Shown here in pieces: positions 9,131 through 17,494 of a DNA stretch of 64,000 bases. The stretch spans positions 2,927 through 66,926 of the forward strand of contig DASTBA010000105.1 in the NCBI GenBank assembly GCA_035712285.1, written 5' to 3'. The DNA is from Gemmatimonadales bacterium. Its GTDB lineage: Bacteria; Gemmatimonadota; Gemmatimonadetes; Gemmatimonadales; GWC2-71-9. The first letter of the stretch is position 1. Each line of letters opens with the position of its first letter. The notes below the pieces were generated by a model. The model had not been told where the DNA came from. It saw only the letters and a program-made list of their open reading frames with translations, and made no database searches. Position numbers and translations under genes: made by a program.

Positions 9131-10363
9131 ATGTCCGCCGTCCATATCACCTCCGAGGTGACCCCCCTCGAGGCGGTGCTCGTGCATGCGCCGGGGCCCG
9201 AGCTCGAGGCCGTCACCCCCGAAAACCGCGAGGACTACCTCTATGACGACATCATCGAGGTGGAGTCGGCGCGGCGGGAACACCGGCAGTTCGTGGCGGT
9301 ACTGGAGCGCTTCGCCACGGTGCACCACGTGCGGGACCTCCTGGGGGAAGTGCTGCAGGTACCGGAGGCGCGGGAGTTCTTCGTCAGCCGCACGATGGAC
9401 GTCGTTCCCTCCGAGCCGCTCGCCCAGCGACTCTCGGCGCTGCCGCCGGCCGAAATCGTCGCGATGCTCATCGAAGGGACCGAGGAGGATCGCGGCGCGA
9501 TCTCGCGCGCGCTCAACGAGACCGGCTACGCCCTGCCGGCCCTGCCGAATCTCTTCTTCCCGCGCGACATCGGCATGGTGATCGGAGAGCATGCGGTGGT
9601 CGGCTCGATGCGCTACGGCATCCGCTGGACCGAGGAGCTGCTGGCCAAGACGCTGTTCCGCTTTCATCCCGCCATGGCCAACGCCGGCATCATCTACGAC
9701 GGCTCCGAGGAGCGCCGCAGCAACTACACCCTCGAGGGCGGCGACGTCCACGTGCTGCGGGAGGACCTCGTGGTCCTGGGCTTCAGCGAGCGGAGTTCGA
9801 CCGCCGCGCTGGATCAGCTGACCGAGGTGCTCTTCACTACCAGCGACGTCACGGCCGTGGTGGTGGTCGTGATGCCCAAGGTGCCGACCGCCATCCACCT
9901 CGACATGATCTTCTCGCAGGTGGACCTGGAACTGGGCGTCGTCTATCCGCCCTACTTCGTGGGAGCCGAGCGGCTGCCGGTGCTGCTCCGCCGCCGCGGC
10001 GAGACGGGGGTCCGCGAGATGCCCAACTTCTTCGCCGCGCTCCGCGAAGTCGGCATGCCGCTGGAGCCGATCTTCGCCGGCGGCGCCCACCGCATCACGC
10101 AGGACCGGGAACAGTGGAGCTCCGCCTGCAATTTCCTCGCGGTGCGGCCGGGGCAGATCGTGAGCTACGCCCGCAACGTGGCCACCATCGAGGAGCTCCG
10201 TGAATCGGGCTTCCGGGTGGTGGACGGCGGCGAGTTCCTGCAGGGGCATGCGCCGGTGCGTGCCGGCGAGCGGGCGGTGATCACCGTGGAGGGCGCGGAG
10301 ATCGTGCGCGGCGGCGGCGGCCCCCGGTGCATGACGATGCCACTCCGCCGGAGCGACGGATGA
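9131..10363 (+). CDS. arcA: Arginine deiminase-family (guanidino-group modifying) enzyme
   Basis: 410 aa with SEVTPLEAVLVHAPGPELE, YLYDDII, FFPRDIGMV and the C-terminal catalytic-Cys motif GGGGPRCMTMPL. No arcB or arcC lies nearby. Confidence 0.75.
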   Translation: MSAVHITSEVTPLEAVLVHAPGPELEAVTPENREDYLYDDIIEVESARREHRQFVAVLERFATVHHVRDLLGEVLQVPEAREFFVSRTMDVVPSEPLAQRLSALPPAEIVAMLIEGTEEDRGAISRALNETGYALPALPNLFFPRDIGMVIGEHAVVGSMRYGIRWTEELLAKTLFRFHPAMANAGIIYDGSEERRSNYTLEGGDVHVLREDLVVLGFSERSSTAALDQLTEVLFTTSDVTAVVVVVMPKVPTAIHLDMIFSQVDLELGVVYPPYFVGAERLPVLLRRRGETGVREMPNFFAALREVGMPLEPIFAGGAHRITQDREQWSSACNFLAVRPGQIVSYARNVATIEELRESGFRVVDGGEFLQGHAPVRAGERAVITVEGAEIVRGGGGPRCMTMPLRRSDG

Positions 10364-11235
10364 TCGGCGTCACGGCCCAGGCCACCGGCACGCTGCTGGA
10401 GCAGGTGCTGGTGGCGCTGCAGCGGGCGCCGATGACCGGCAGCGCCATCTGCAACGACGTGGTGGGCGTGCCGAACGCGCCCCGCGCGGTGGCGGATCGC
10501 ATCGCGCTCGCGCTGCTGGGCGCCGATCCGCGGGTCCGCCAGCTGGCGGACGGGCGCTGGGGCCTGGTGGCCGAGGTGCAGGACTCGCCCACGCTGGATG
10601 CCTGCACCTTCGCGGTGGTGGACGTCGAGACCACCGGGATGCGGGCCTGGGGCGCGGATCGCATCACCGAGATTGCGGTGGCGGTGGTGCAGGGCGGGCG
10701 CCGGGAACTGGTGTTCGAGTCGCTGGTGAACCCCGGACGGCCGGTCCCGGCCATGATAGCGGCGATGACCGGCATCACCGATGCCATGGTGCGTCGCGCG
10801 CCAGCCTTCGCCCAGGTTGCGGATGACGTGCTGGCGGCGCTCGGCGGCCGGGTGTTCGTGGCGCACAACGCGCGGTTCGACTGGGGATTCGTGAACGCGG
10901 AGCTGCGCCGCGCGCGGGACGTGACGCTCAACGGCCCCATGCTCTGCACCGTGCGGCTGGCCCGCCGCCTGGTGCAGGACGTCCGCTCGTGCAGCCTCGA
11001 CAACCTGTCCCGGCACTTCGGCCTCGCCAACGACGCGCGCCACCGCGCGGGCGGCGATGCGCTGGCCACCGGCGAGCTGCTGCACCGGCTGCTGGATCTT
11101 GCCCGGGGCGAGGGGGCGCGCACGCTGCAGGATCTCGAGGCGATCGCCACGCGCCGCGCGCCACCCCGGCCGCGGGAACGGCCGGCCCTGCCCTCGGCGC
11201 CGTCCATGAGCGCGGTCCCGGAGGGTCCGGCGTGA
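10360..11235 (+). CDS. DEDDh 3'-5' exonuclease (DnaQ/epsilon-like) with N-terminal extension
   Basis: Exo motifs FAVVDVETTG, FVAHNARFDWGF and HRAGGDALATGELL. ATG 10360 overlaps the arcA stop (ATGA); the alternative track start is 10327. About 90 N-terminal residues carry no motif I recognise. Confidence 0.8.
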   Translation: MIGVTAQATGTLLEQVLVALQRAPMTGSAICNDVVGVPNAPRAVADRIALALLGADPRVRQLADGRWGLVAEVQDSPTLDACTFAVVDVETTGMRAWGADRITEIAVAVVQGGRRELVFESLVNPGRPVPAMIAAMTGITDAMVRRAPAFAQVADDVLAALGGRVFVAHNARFDWGFVNAELRRARDVTLNGPMLCTVRLARRLVQDVRSCSLDNLSRHFGLANDARHRAGGDALATGELLHRLLDLARGEGARTLQDLEAIATRRAPPRPRERPALPSAPSMSAVPEGPA

Positions 11236-12158
11236 GACTGGCGCGATCGTTCACGGTGGGCGAGTTCCGCTGCCACGCGCTCGAGGGTGGGCTGCAGCGG
11301 CTGGATGGCGGGGCCATGTTCGGCGTGGTGCCCAAGCCGCTCTGGGAGCGGGCCATCGTTCCGGATGCGCGGAACCGCATCCCGCTCGCCATGCGCTGTC
11401 TGCTGGTGGAACATCCCGACGGACTCGTCCTGATCGACACCGCCGTCGGTACCAAGGATGACGCGAAGTTCCACCACATCTACGGCATCGAGAACGCCGG
11501 CCGGGACGGCGGGAGCCAGCTCGACGACGCGATCCGGGAGGCCGGCCACCGGGTCGAGGACGTGCGCTTCGTCATCAATTCGCACCTGCACTTCGACCAC
11601 GCCGGCGGCAACACGAAGGCCGATCCGCTGCGACCCGGCGAGCTGGAGGCCACCGTGCGGCCGGCCTTCGGCAACGCCACCTACATCATGCAGCGGGGCG
11701 AACTCGAGTTCGCGCGGAAGACCAACGAGCGCACCCGCGCCAGCTACCTGCCGGCCAACTTCGAGCCGGTGACCAAGTCGGGGAAGCTCCGCCTCCTGAA
11801 TGGCGACCAGGATATCCTGCCCGGCATCCATGCGCGGCTCACCCCCGGCCACGTGCCGTGGCACCAGGCGATCCTGGTCGAGAGCCGGGGGGAGACGGTG
11901 GCGTTCCTGGCTGACCTGATCCCGACGTCGGCGCACCTGCGGCTCCCGTGGATCATGGGCTACGACCTGGAGCCGCTCCGGACCCTGGAGAGCAAGCGGA
12001 CGATCCTGCGCGAGGCCACTGACGAGGGGTGGCGGATCGTGTTCGAGCATGATCCGTCGGTTGCCTGGGGGCGGCTGGTGCGCCGGGGCGCGCAGAGCGA
12101 GCTGGAGGAGGCGGAGGTCGTGGCGGGGCAACAGGATGGCGGTCCGGCGGCCGGTTGA
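11232..12158 (+). CDS. Metallo-beta-lactamase-fold hydrolase (HLHFDHAGG motif)
   Basis: INSHLHFDHAGGN (HxHxDH) is followed later by TPGHVPWH. GTG 11232 overlaps the exonuclease stop (GTGA). The 5' part of track ORF 10989-12158 lies inside the upstream gene. Confidence 0.8.
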   Translation: MRLARSFTVGEFRCHALEGGLQRLDGGAMFGVVPKPLWERAIVPDARNRIPLAMRCLLVEHPDGLVLIDTAVGTKDDAKFHHIYGIENAGRDGGSQLDDAIREAGHRVEDVRFVINSHLHFDHAGGNTKADPLRPGELEATVRPAFGNATYIMQRGELEFARKTNERTRASYLPANFEPVTKSGKLRLLNGDQDILPGIHARLTPGHVPWHQAILVESRGETVAFLADLIPTSAHLRLPWIMGYDLEPLRTLESKRTILREATDEGWRIVFEHDPSVAWGRLVRRGAQSELEEAEVVAGQQDGGPAAG

Positions 12159-12290
12159 CAGACGGGTCGCCCGCCGGTAGGTTTTGCCCTGATCAAGCGG
12201 GCCGGAAAACCGGCCCCACCCTTGAACCCGCGCGGGGCGCGGCGTGACCGGGTCCGAGAGCGATCTTCCGCGGGCGCGCCCGCGGCGCGA

Positions 12291-12330
12291 CGGACATCCG
12301 GAAGAGACTGGATGTCCGTTTCGATTTCTT
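12291..12330 (+). terminator. Intrinsic-terminator-like hairpin in the infC leader
   Basis: CGGACATCC (12291-12299), a 10-nt loop, then GGATGTCCG (12310-12318) give a perfect 9-bp stem. It is followed by TTTCGATTTCTT. The hairpin lies 130 nt after the preceding gene and about 25 nt before the inferred infC start. Confidence 0.55.
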
Positions 12331-12355
12331 CACCAGTGAGCTGAGGAGACTGCCA

Positions 12356-12877
12356 CTGTCAACCAATGAGCGCGAACGTCGCACCAGGGTCAATCGCCAG
12401 ATCCGGATCAGCCCGGTCCGGGTGATCGGCCCCGGGGGCGAACAGCTGGGCGTGATGCCGGTGGACGAGGCGCTGTCGGCGGCACAGGCGCGGGACCTGG
12501 ATCTCGTGGAAGTGGCGCCGATGGCCCGGCCCCCCGTGGTCAAGATCATGGACTACGGGAAGTACAAGTTCGAGGAGGCCAAGGCGGCCCGGGCGGCCAA
12601 GAAGAAGCAGCACGTGATCCAGCTCAAGGAAGTGAAGCTCCGGCCCAACATCGAAGACCACGACTTCGAGTTCAAGACCCGCCATGCGCGGGAATTCCTG
12701 GGCGAGGGGAACAAGGTGAAGGTGACGATGATGTTCCGCGGGCGGCAGCTGGCGCACGTGGAGATCGGCAAGGCGGTGCTGGACCGGGTCGCGACCATGC
12801 TCGGGGACGTGGGCAAGGTCGAGGCGGAAGCGCGGCTGGAAGGCCGCAACATGACGATGGTGATTGCGCCCAGATAG
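12356..12877 (+). CDS. infC: Translation initiation factor IF-3, non-canonical start inferred
   Basis: IF-3 sequence: RVNRQIRISPVRVIGPGGEQLGV, VVKIMDYGKYKFEE, EVKLRPNIEDHDFEFK. The frame is open from 12248 with no ATG, GTG or TTG before GTG 12422, and GTG 12422 would remove the conserved N-terminus. CTG 12356 sits 7 nt after GAGGAG (12343-12348). The exact start is unverified. Confidence 0.85.
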   Translation: MSTNERERRTRVNRQIRISPVRVIGPGGEQLGVMPVDEALSAAQARDLDLVEVAPMARPPVVKIMDYGKYKFEEAKAARAAKKKQHVIQLKEVKLRPNIEDHDFEFKTRHAREFLGEGNKVKVTMMFRGRQLAHVEIGKAVLDRVATMLGDVGKVEAEARLEGRNMTMVIAPR

Positions 12878-12900
12878 GCGCGCGGAGACAGGACAGACAG

Positions 12901-13095
12901 ATGCCGAAGATGAAGACCAAGCGTGCGGCCACCAAGCGCTTCACGCGCACCGGTTCGGGGAAGCTCAAGCGCTTCCACGCGAACCACAGCCACATCCTGA
13001 CCAAGAAGACGCGCAAGCGGAAGAACCAGCTCAAGAAGGGTGATCTCGTGAGCTCGGCGGACTACCCGCGCATCAACCGCCTCCTGCAGGCGTAA
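12901..13095 (+). CDS. rpmI: 50S ribosomal protein L35
   Basis: MPKMKTKRAATKRFTRTGSGKLKR..., 64 aa, in the canonical infC-rpmI-rplT order. Confidence 0.95.
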   Translation: MPKMKTKRAATKRFTRTGSGKLKRFHANHSHILTKKTRKRKNQLKKGDLVSSADYPRINRLLQA

Positions 13096-13104
13096 GGAGC
13101 CAGC

Positions 13105-13455
13105 ATGCCTCGCGTAAAGAGCGGTGTCGCGCACCACGCCCGCAAGAAGAAGATCATGGAGGCCGCCAAGGGGGCCCGCGGCGGCCGGAGCAAGCTGTAC
13201 AAGTCGGCCAAGGAGACGGTGGAGCGCGGGATGCGCTACGCCTACCGGGACCGGCGCAAGAAGAAGAGCGACTTCCGCGCGCTCTGGATCACCCGCATCA
13301 ACGCCGCCGCCCGGCTGCACGGCCTGAGCTACAGCCGCCTGATGGCGGGGCTCAAGAAGGCCGGGGTCGAGGTCAACCGGAAGGTGCTCGCCGACCTCGC
13401 GGTCAACGACGCCGAGGCGTTCGGCAAGATCGCGGAGATGGCGCGGGGAAGCTGA
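13105..13455 (+). CDS. rplT: 50S ribosomal protein L20
   Basis: [17 protein letters not shown]...[23 protein letters not shown], 116 aa. AAGGAG Shine-Dalgarno upstream. Confidence 0.95.
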   Translation: MPRVKSGVAHHARKKKIMEAAKGARGGRSKLYKSAKETVERGMRYAYRDRRKKKSDFRALWITRINAAARLHGLSYSRLMAGLKKAGVEVNRKVLADLAVNDAEAFGKIAEMARGS

Positions 13456-14511
13456 GTGCAGCGCACCGGCATTCCCGACCTCGACGCGCTGCTCCCCCGG
13501 CTCGCCGCCGTGGGGAGCCTGGATGCGGCCGGTCTGGAGGCGGAACATACCGCCGTGCTGGGCCGGAAGGCCGGGGTCCTCACGCAGCTGGCGAAGCGGA
13601 TCCCGGACCTCGCCCCCGGGGAACGGCGGTCCTTCGGCGCTGCGGTGAACCAGGTGAAGGTGGCCTTCGAGGCGGCCTTCGACGAGCGCCGGGTGGCGCT
13701 TGCGGAGGATGCGCGCCGTCGCGCCGCGGGGCAGCTGGACCGCACGATGCCGGCGCGGCACCGCTGGACCGGCAGCGCGCACCCGGTCACGCGCACCATC
13801 GCCGACATCTGCGGCATCTTCCGCGAACTCGGGTTCGTGATCGCGGTGGGGCCGGAGATCGAGAGCGAGTGGTACAACTTCTTCTCGCTCAATTTCCCGG
13901 CCGACCATCCGGCGCTCGACCTCCACGACACGCTCTACCTCGACGCCCCACCGGAAGCTGGCGAGCATGGCGGCCGGATGCTGCTCCGGACCCACACCTC
14001 CCCGGTGCAGATCCGGAGTCTCATCGGCCAGCCGCTGCCGGTGCGGGCGCTGATGCCCGGCATGGTGTACCGGAAGGATCCGTTCGATCCCTCCCACGCC
14101 CCCGCCTTCCAGCAGATCGAGGGGCTGGCGGTGGATGAAGGGATCTCGTTCGTGGACCTCAAGGCCACGCTGGTGCATTTCGCCCGGCGGCTGTTCGCCG
14201 CCGACACCCGGACCCGCTTCCGCCCCTCGTACTTCCCGTTCACCGAGCCGTCGGCCGAGATGGACGTGGAGTGCCAGCTCTGCCACGGCGCCGGATGCGG
14301 AGCCTGCAAGGGCACCGGCTGGATGGAAATCCTGGGCTGCGGCATGGTGCACCCGCGGGTGCTGCAGAACTGTGGCGTGGATGCCGAGCGCTACACCGGC
14401 TGGGCGTTCGGCATGGGGCCGGGCCGCATCACCATGAACCGCTACGGCATCACCGACATCCGGCACCTCTACGATGGCGACATGCGGGTGCTGTCGCAGC
14501 TGGCGGGCTAG
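13456..14511 (+). CDS. pheS: Phenylalanine-tRNA ligase alpha subunit
   Basis: Class II aaRS motifs FRPSYFPFTEPS and GWAFGMGPGRI. GTG 13456 immediately follows the rplT stop. Confidence 0.93.
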   Translation: MQRTGIPDLDALLPRLAAVGSLDAAGLEAEHTAVLGRKAGVLTQLAKRIPDLAPGERRSFGAAVNQVKVAFEAAFDERRVALAEDARRRAAGQLDRTMPARHRWTGSAHPVTRTIADICGIFRELGFVIAVGPEIESEWYNFFSLNFPADHPALDLHDTLYLDAPPEAGEHGGRMLLRTHTSPVQIRSLIGQPLPVRALMPGMVYRKDPFDPSHAPAFQQIEGLAVDEGISFVDLKATLVHFARRLFAADTRTRFRPSYFPFTEPSAEMDVECQLCHGAGCGACKGTGWMEILGCGMVHPRVLQNCGVDAERYTGWAFGMGPGRITMNRYGITDIRHLYDGDMRVLSQLAG

Positions 14512-14514
14512 CGC

Positions 14515-16887
14515 ATGGATATCTCCCGGCGCTGGCTCGAGGCGTTCCTCCGGCGTCCGCTCGATGCGCACGACGTCGCGGAACGGCTTGCCATGCTGGG
14601 CGCCCCGGTGGATGCGGTGGAGCCCCTGCACCAGGCGCTGGCCCCGATCGTGGTGGCGCTGGTGGAGGATGTCCGCCCCCATCCCGACGCCGACCGGCTC
14701 CGGCTCTGCCTCGTGAACGACGGTGGCGCCGAGCCGAAGCACGTCGTGTGCGGCGCCCCCAACGTCACCGCCGGCCGGCGCTACCCGTTCATCCGCGTAG
14801 GCAGTACCCTGCCGGGCGGGCTCCGGATCGAGAAACGCAAGATCCGTGGCGAGGTGAGTGAGGGGATGCTCTGCTCGGAGCGCGAGCTCGGCCTGGGTCA
14901 GGAGCACGACGGCATCTGGGAGCTGGATGTGGACGTGGCTCCGGGCACGCCGCTGCTGGACGCCGTTCCGCTCGCCGACGACCGGCTGGTGATCGATGTC
15001 ACGCCCAATCGCCCCGATCTCCTGGGCCACAAGGGCGTGGCCCGCGAACTGGCGGCGTCGATGGGCGTGCCGTTCCGGCTGCCGGAGTTCCCCGGTGAGC
15101 CCGACAGCGTGCCGGCGGCGGTGCGGACCGGCGCCAACGGCCGCACCGGCGGCGTGCGGGTTGCCATCGAGGATCCCGAGGGGTGCGCCCGGTTCCACGG
15201 CGCGGTGATCCGCGGCGTGACCGTCGGGCGCTCGCCGGCCTGGCTCCGCCAGCGGCTCGAGGCGGCCGGTGTCCGCAGCATCAGCAACGTGGTGGATGCC
15301 ACCAACTACGTCATGCTGGAGCATGCGCAGCCGCTCCATGCATATGACCTGGCAAAGTTGCGCGGACCGGAAATCATGGCCCGGCGCGCGCTAGCCGGTG
15401 AATCGCTGGTCACCCTGGATGGCGTCACCCGCACCCTGGAACCGTTCATGACGGTGATTGCCGATCAGGGGGGACCGGTGGGCGTGGGCGGCGTGATGGG
15501 CGGCGCCGGCAGCGAGGTCGGCGCCGGCACCACCGACCTGTTCCTCGAATGCGCCTGGTTCCGGCCTGCGGCGGTGCGCAAGACCCGGCGGGCGCTCGAT
15601 CTCGGCACCGATGCCAGCTACCGCTTCGAGCGGGGAGTGGATCTCTGGGCGGCGCCCGAGGCGTTCCGCCGGTGCATCGAGCTGATCCTGTCGCTTGCCG
15701 GCGGGCATGTGGACGGAGAGCCGGTGGACCTGTGGCCCGAGGTGACGCATCCGCCGAGAGTGTTCCTTCGGCTCGATCGTGTGGCACAAGTGCTCGGCGT
15801 TGATCTCGATCAGCACACGGTCGAGCGCCACCTGGCCGCCATCGGCGCCACCTGCGTCGCCAAGCCGGAGGACCGCCGCATCGCGGTGGACGTGCCGGGA
15901 TGGCGGCCTGATCTTGCCGAGGAGATCGACCTCATCGAGGAAGTGGCCCGGATGCACGGCTATGGCGCCTTTCCGGCCGAGCTTCGGGGCTTCCGCACGG
16001 GGCTCAAGCCCGATGCCCCGATCGTGGCCGCGAGCGATCATGTGCGCGGCGCCATGATCGCCGAGGGGCTGCACGAGGTCATCACGCTGCCGCTGGTGCA
16101 GGGCGGGGAGGTTCGCCTGCTCAACCCATTGTCGGTGGAGGAGGCGACGCTGCGCGGCGCGATCCTCCCGTCGCTGGTGCGGCAGGCGGAACGCAACTGG
16201 GCAGCGCTCACGCGTGACATCCGCTTGTTCGAGATGGGCACGGTGTTCAGCCGGGGCAGCGACCCGTCCCGCCCGGAGGAGCGGACCAGCCTGGCGGCCA
16301 TCGTGTCCGGCGGCCGGGATCCGGCCCACTGGTCGGGGGTTCCCGCCGATGTCGCCATCTGGGACCTGAAGGGGCTGTTCGAGCGCGCGGTGGCGGCGGC
16401 GAGCCCCGGGGCGGTGGTCTCACCGGCTGGTGAGGGGTGGGAGGCCAGGACGGCGGACGGTATGCTGCGCGGGCGCGCGGCCCCACTGGATGCGGATGCG
16501 CCACCATGGGCGGCGCCGCTCTTCGGCCTCGAGGTCGAGGTGAGCGACGCCCCGCGCACCCGGCCGAAGTTCGTTCCGCTGCCGGGCACACCGGCGTCGG
16601 AACGGGACATCACCCTGCTCGTGCCCGACGGCGTGCCGGCCGAGGCGATCCTCCGCTCGCTCGCGGGGGCCGGTGTTCCGGTGCTAGAATCCGTCAGGAT
16701 CGTGAACGAGTATCGTGGGCCGCGGGTGGCGGAGGGCACGCGGAGTCTTACTGCGCGGCTGACCTTCCGCGCGGCGGACCGCACGCTCGAGTCGGCGGAT
16801 GTGGATCGGGCGGAGCAGAAGCTGCTGGCGGCGCTGGACCGGGACACGGGTGTGCAACGCCGGGATCAGGCCCGGGCGGAGGGCTGA
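14515..16887 (+). CDS. pheT: Phenylalanine-tRNA ligase beta subunit
   Basis: 790 aa. The N-terminal tRNA-binding domain (KHVVCGAPNV...GEVSEGMLCSERELGL) and a B3/4-B5-FDX-ACB layout are present. Follows pheS. Confidence 0.93.
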   Translation: MDISRRWLEAFLRRPLDAHDVAERLAMLGAPVDAVEPLHQALAPIVVALVEDVRPHPDADRLRLCLVNDGGAEPKHVVCGAPNVTAGRRYPFIRVGSTLPGGLRIEKRKIRGEVSEGMLCSERELGLGQEHDGIWELDVDVAPGTPLLDAVPLADDRLVIDVTPNRPDLLGHKGVARELAASMGVPFRLPEFPGEPDSVPAAVRTGANGRTGGVRVAIEDPEGCARFHGAVIRGVTVGRSPAWLRQRLEAAGVRSISNVVDATNYVMLEHAQPLHAYDLAKLRGPEIMARRALAGESLVTLDGVTRTLEPFMTVIADQGGPVGVGGVMGGAGSEVGAGTTDLFLECAWFRPAAVRKTRRALDLGTDASYRFERGVDLWAAPEAFRRCIELILSLAGGHVDGEPVDLWPEVTHPPRVFLRLDRVAQVLGVDLDQHTVERHLAAIGATCVAKPEDRRIAVDVPGWRPDLAEEIDLIEEVARMHGYGAFPAELRGFRTGLKPDAPIVAASDHVRGAMIAEGLHEVITLPLVQGGEVRLLNPLSVEEATLRGAILPSLVRQAERNWAALTRDIRLFEMGTVFSRGSDPSRPEERTSLAAIVSGGRDPAHWSGVPADVAIWDLKGLFERAVAAASPGAVVSPAGEGWEARTADGMLRGRAAPLDADAPPWAAPLFGLEVEVSDAPRTRPKFVPLPGTPASERDITLLVPDGVPAEAILRSLAGAGVPVLESVRIVNEYRGPRVAEGTRSLTARLTFRAADRTLESADVDRAEQKLLAALDRDTGVQRRDQARAEG

Positions 16888-16889
16888 GC

Positions 16890-17189
16890 GTGGCGACTGG
16901 ATACGAACGGCCCGACTTCGCGGCCGCAGCCGAACTGGAGACCCTGGTGCGGCACCTGCTCGACGAGCTCGGCGGCTGGCGGCGGCGCTGCCTCAAGGCC
17001 GAGGCCGACCTGCAGGCCGTGCAAGGCGCGGGCGGCGGCGGCGCTGGGGTGGCCGGGCTTCGTGACCGGGTCGTGCAGCTCGAGACCGAGAACCGTACCC
17101 TCCGGCACCGGGTGGATGCCGCGCGGGAACGGGTACAGGCGCTGGTCGGCCGGCTCTCGTTCCTCGAGGAGCAGGGGGGCAGCGCATGA
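16890..17189 (+). CDS. Small coiled-coil protein (possible ZapB-like division factor)
   Basis: 99 aa with heptad-like Leu/Arg/Glu-rich segments (LETLVRHLLDELGGWRRRCLKAEADLQ; LRDRVVQLETENRTLRHRVDAARERVQALVGRLSFLEE). GTG 16890 lies 3 nt after the pheT stop, and its own stop overlaps the zapA ATG (ATGA). Confidence 0.55.
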   Translation: MATGYERPDFAAAAELETLVRHLLDELGGWRRRCLKAEADLQAVQGAGGGGAGVAGLRDRVVQLETENRTLRHRVDAARERVQALVGRLSFLEEQGGSA

Positions 17190-17494
17190 GCACCGCGCGC
17201 AATGCGGTCCGGGTCGTGATCGGCGGCGAGGAACTGACCGTGCGATCCGAACTTCCGCCCGAATACACGCGGGAGGTCGCGGCGTATCTCGAGGCGGCCT
17301 TCCAGAAGGTGAAGGCGTCGCTGCCCGCGGTGGAGAGCCACAAGGCCGCCATCCTCGCAGCGCTCGCCATCACCGACGAGCTGTTCCAGGCCCGCCGGGG
17401 CGATCGCGAGATCGCCGACCGGCTGCACACGCTGTCCGATGAAGCGGCGCGTGTCCTGCCACCCGCCAAGCGCGGCACCCGGGCCGGCTCATGA
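17186..17494 (+). CDS. zapA: Cell division protein ZapA
   Basis: VRVVIGGEELTVRSELPPEYTREVAAYLEAAFQKV...AAILAALAITDELF, 102 aa. pheT-zapA synteny is known from Firmicutes. Confidence 0.85.
   Translation: MSTARNAVRVVIGGEELTVRSELPPEYTREVAAYLEAAFQKVKASLPAVESHKAAILAALAITDELFQARRGDREIADRLHTLSDEAARVLPPAKRGTRAGS

Noticed and set aside
12312-12344. A mini-ORF MSVSISSPVS inside the infC leader terminator, considered as a possible leader peptide.
   Set aside because: It has no Shine-Dalgarno sequence, its start is buried in the 3' arm of the hairpin, and the peptide has no regulatory-codon bias. Nothing distinguishes it from a random short ORF.
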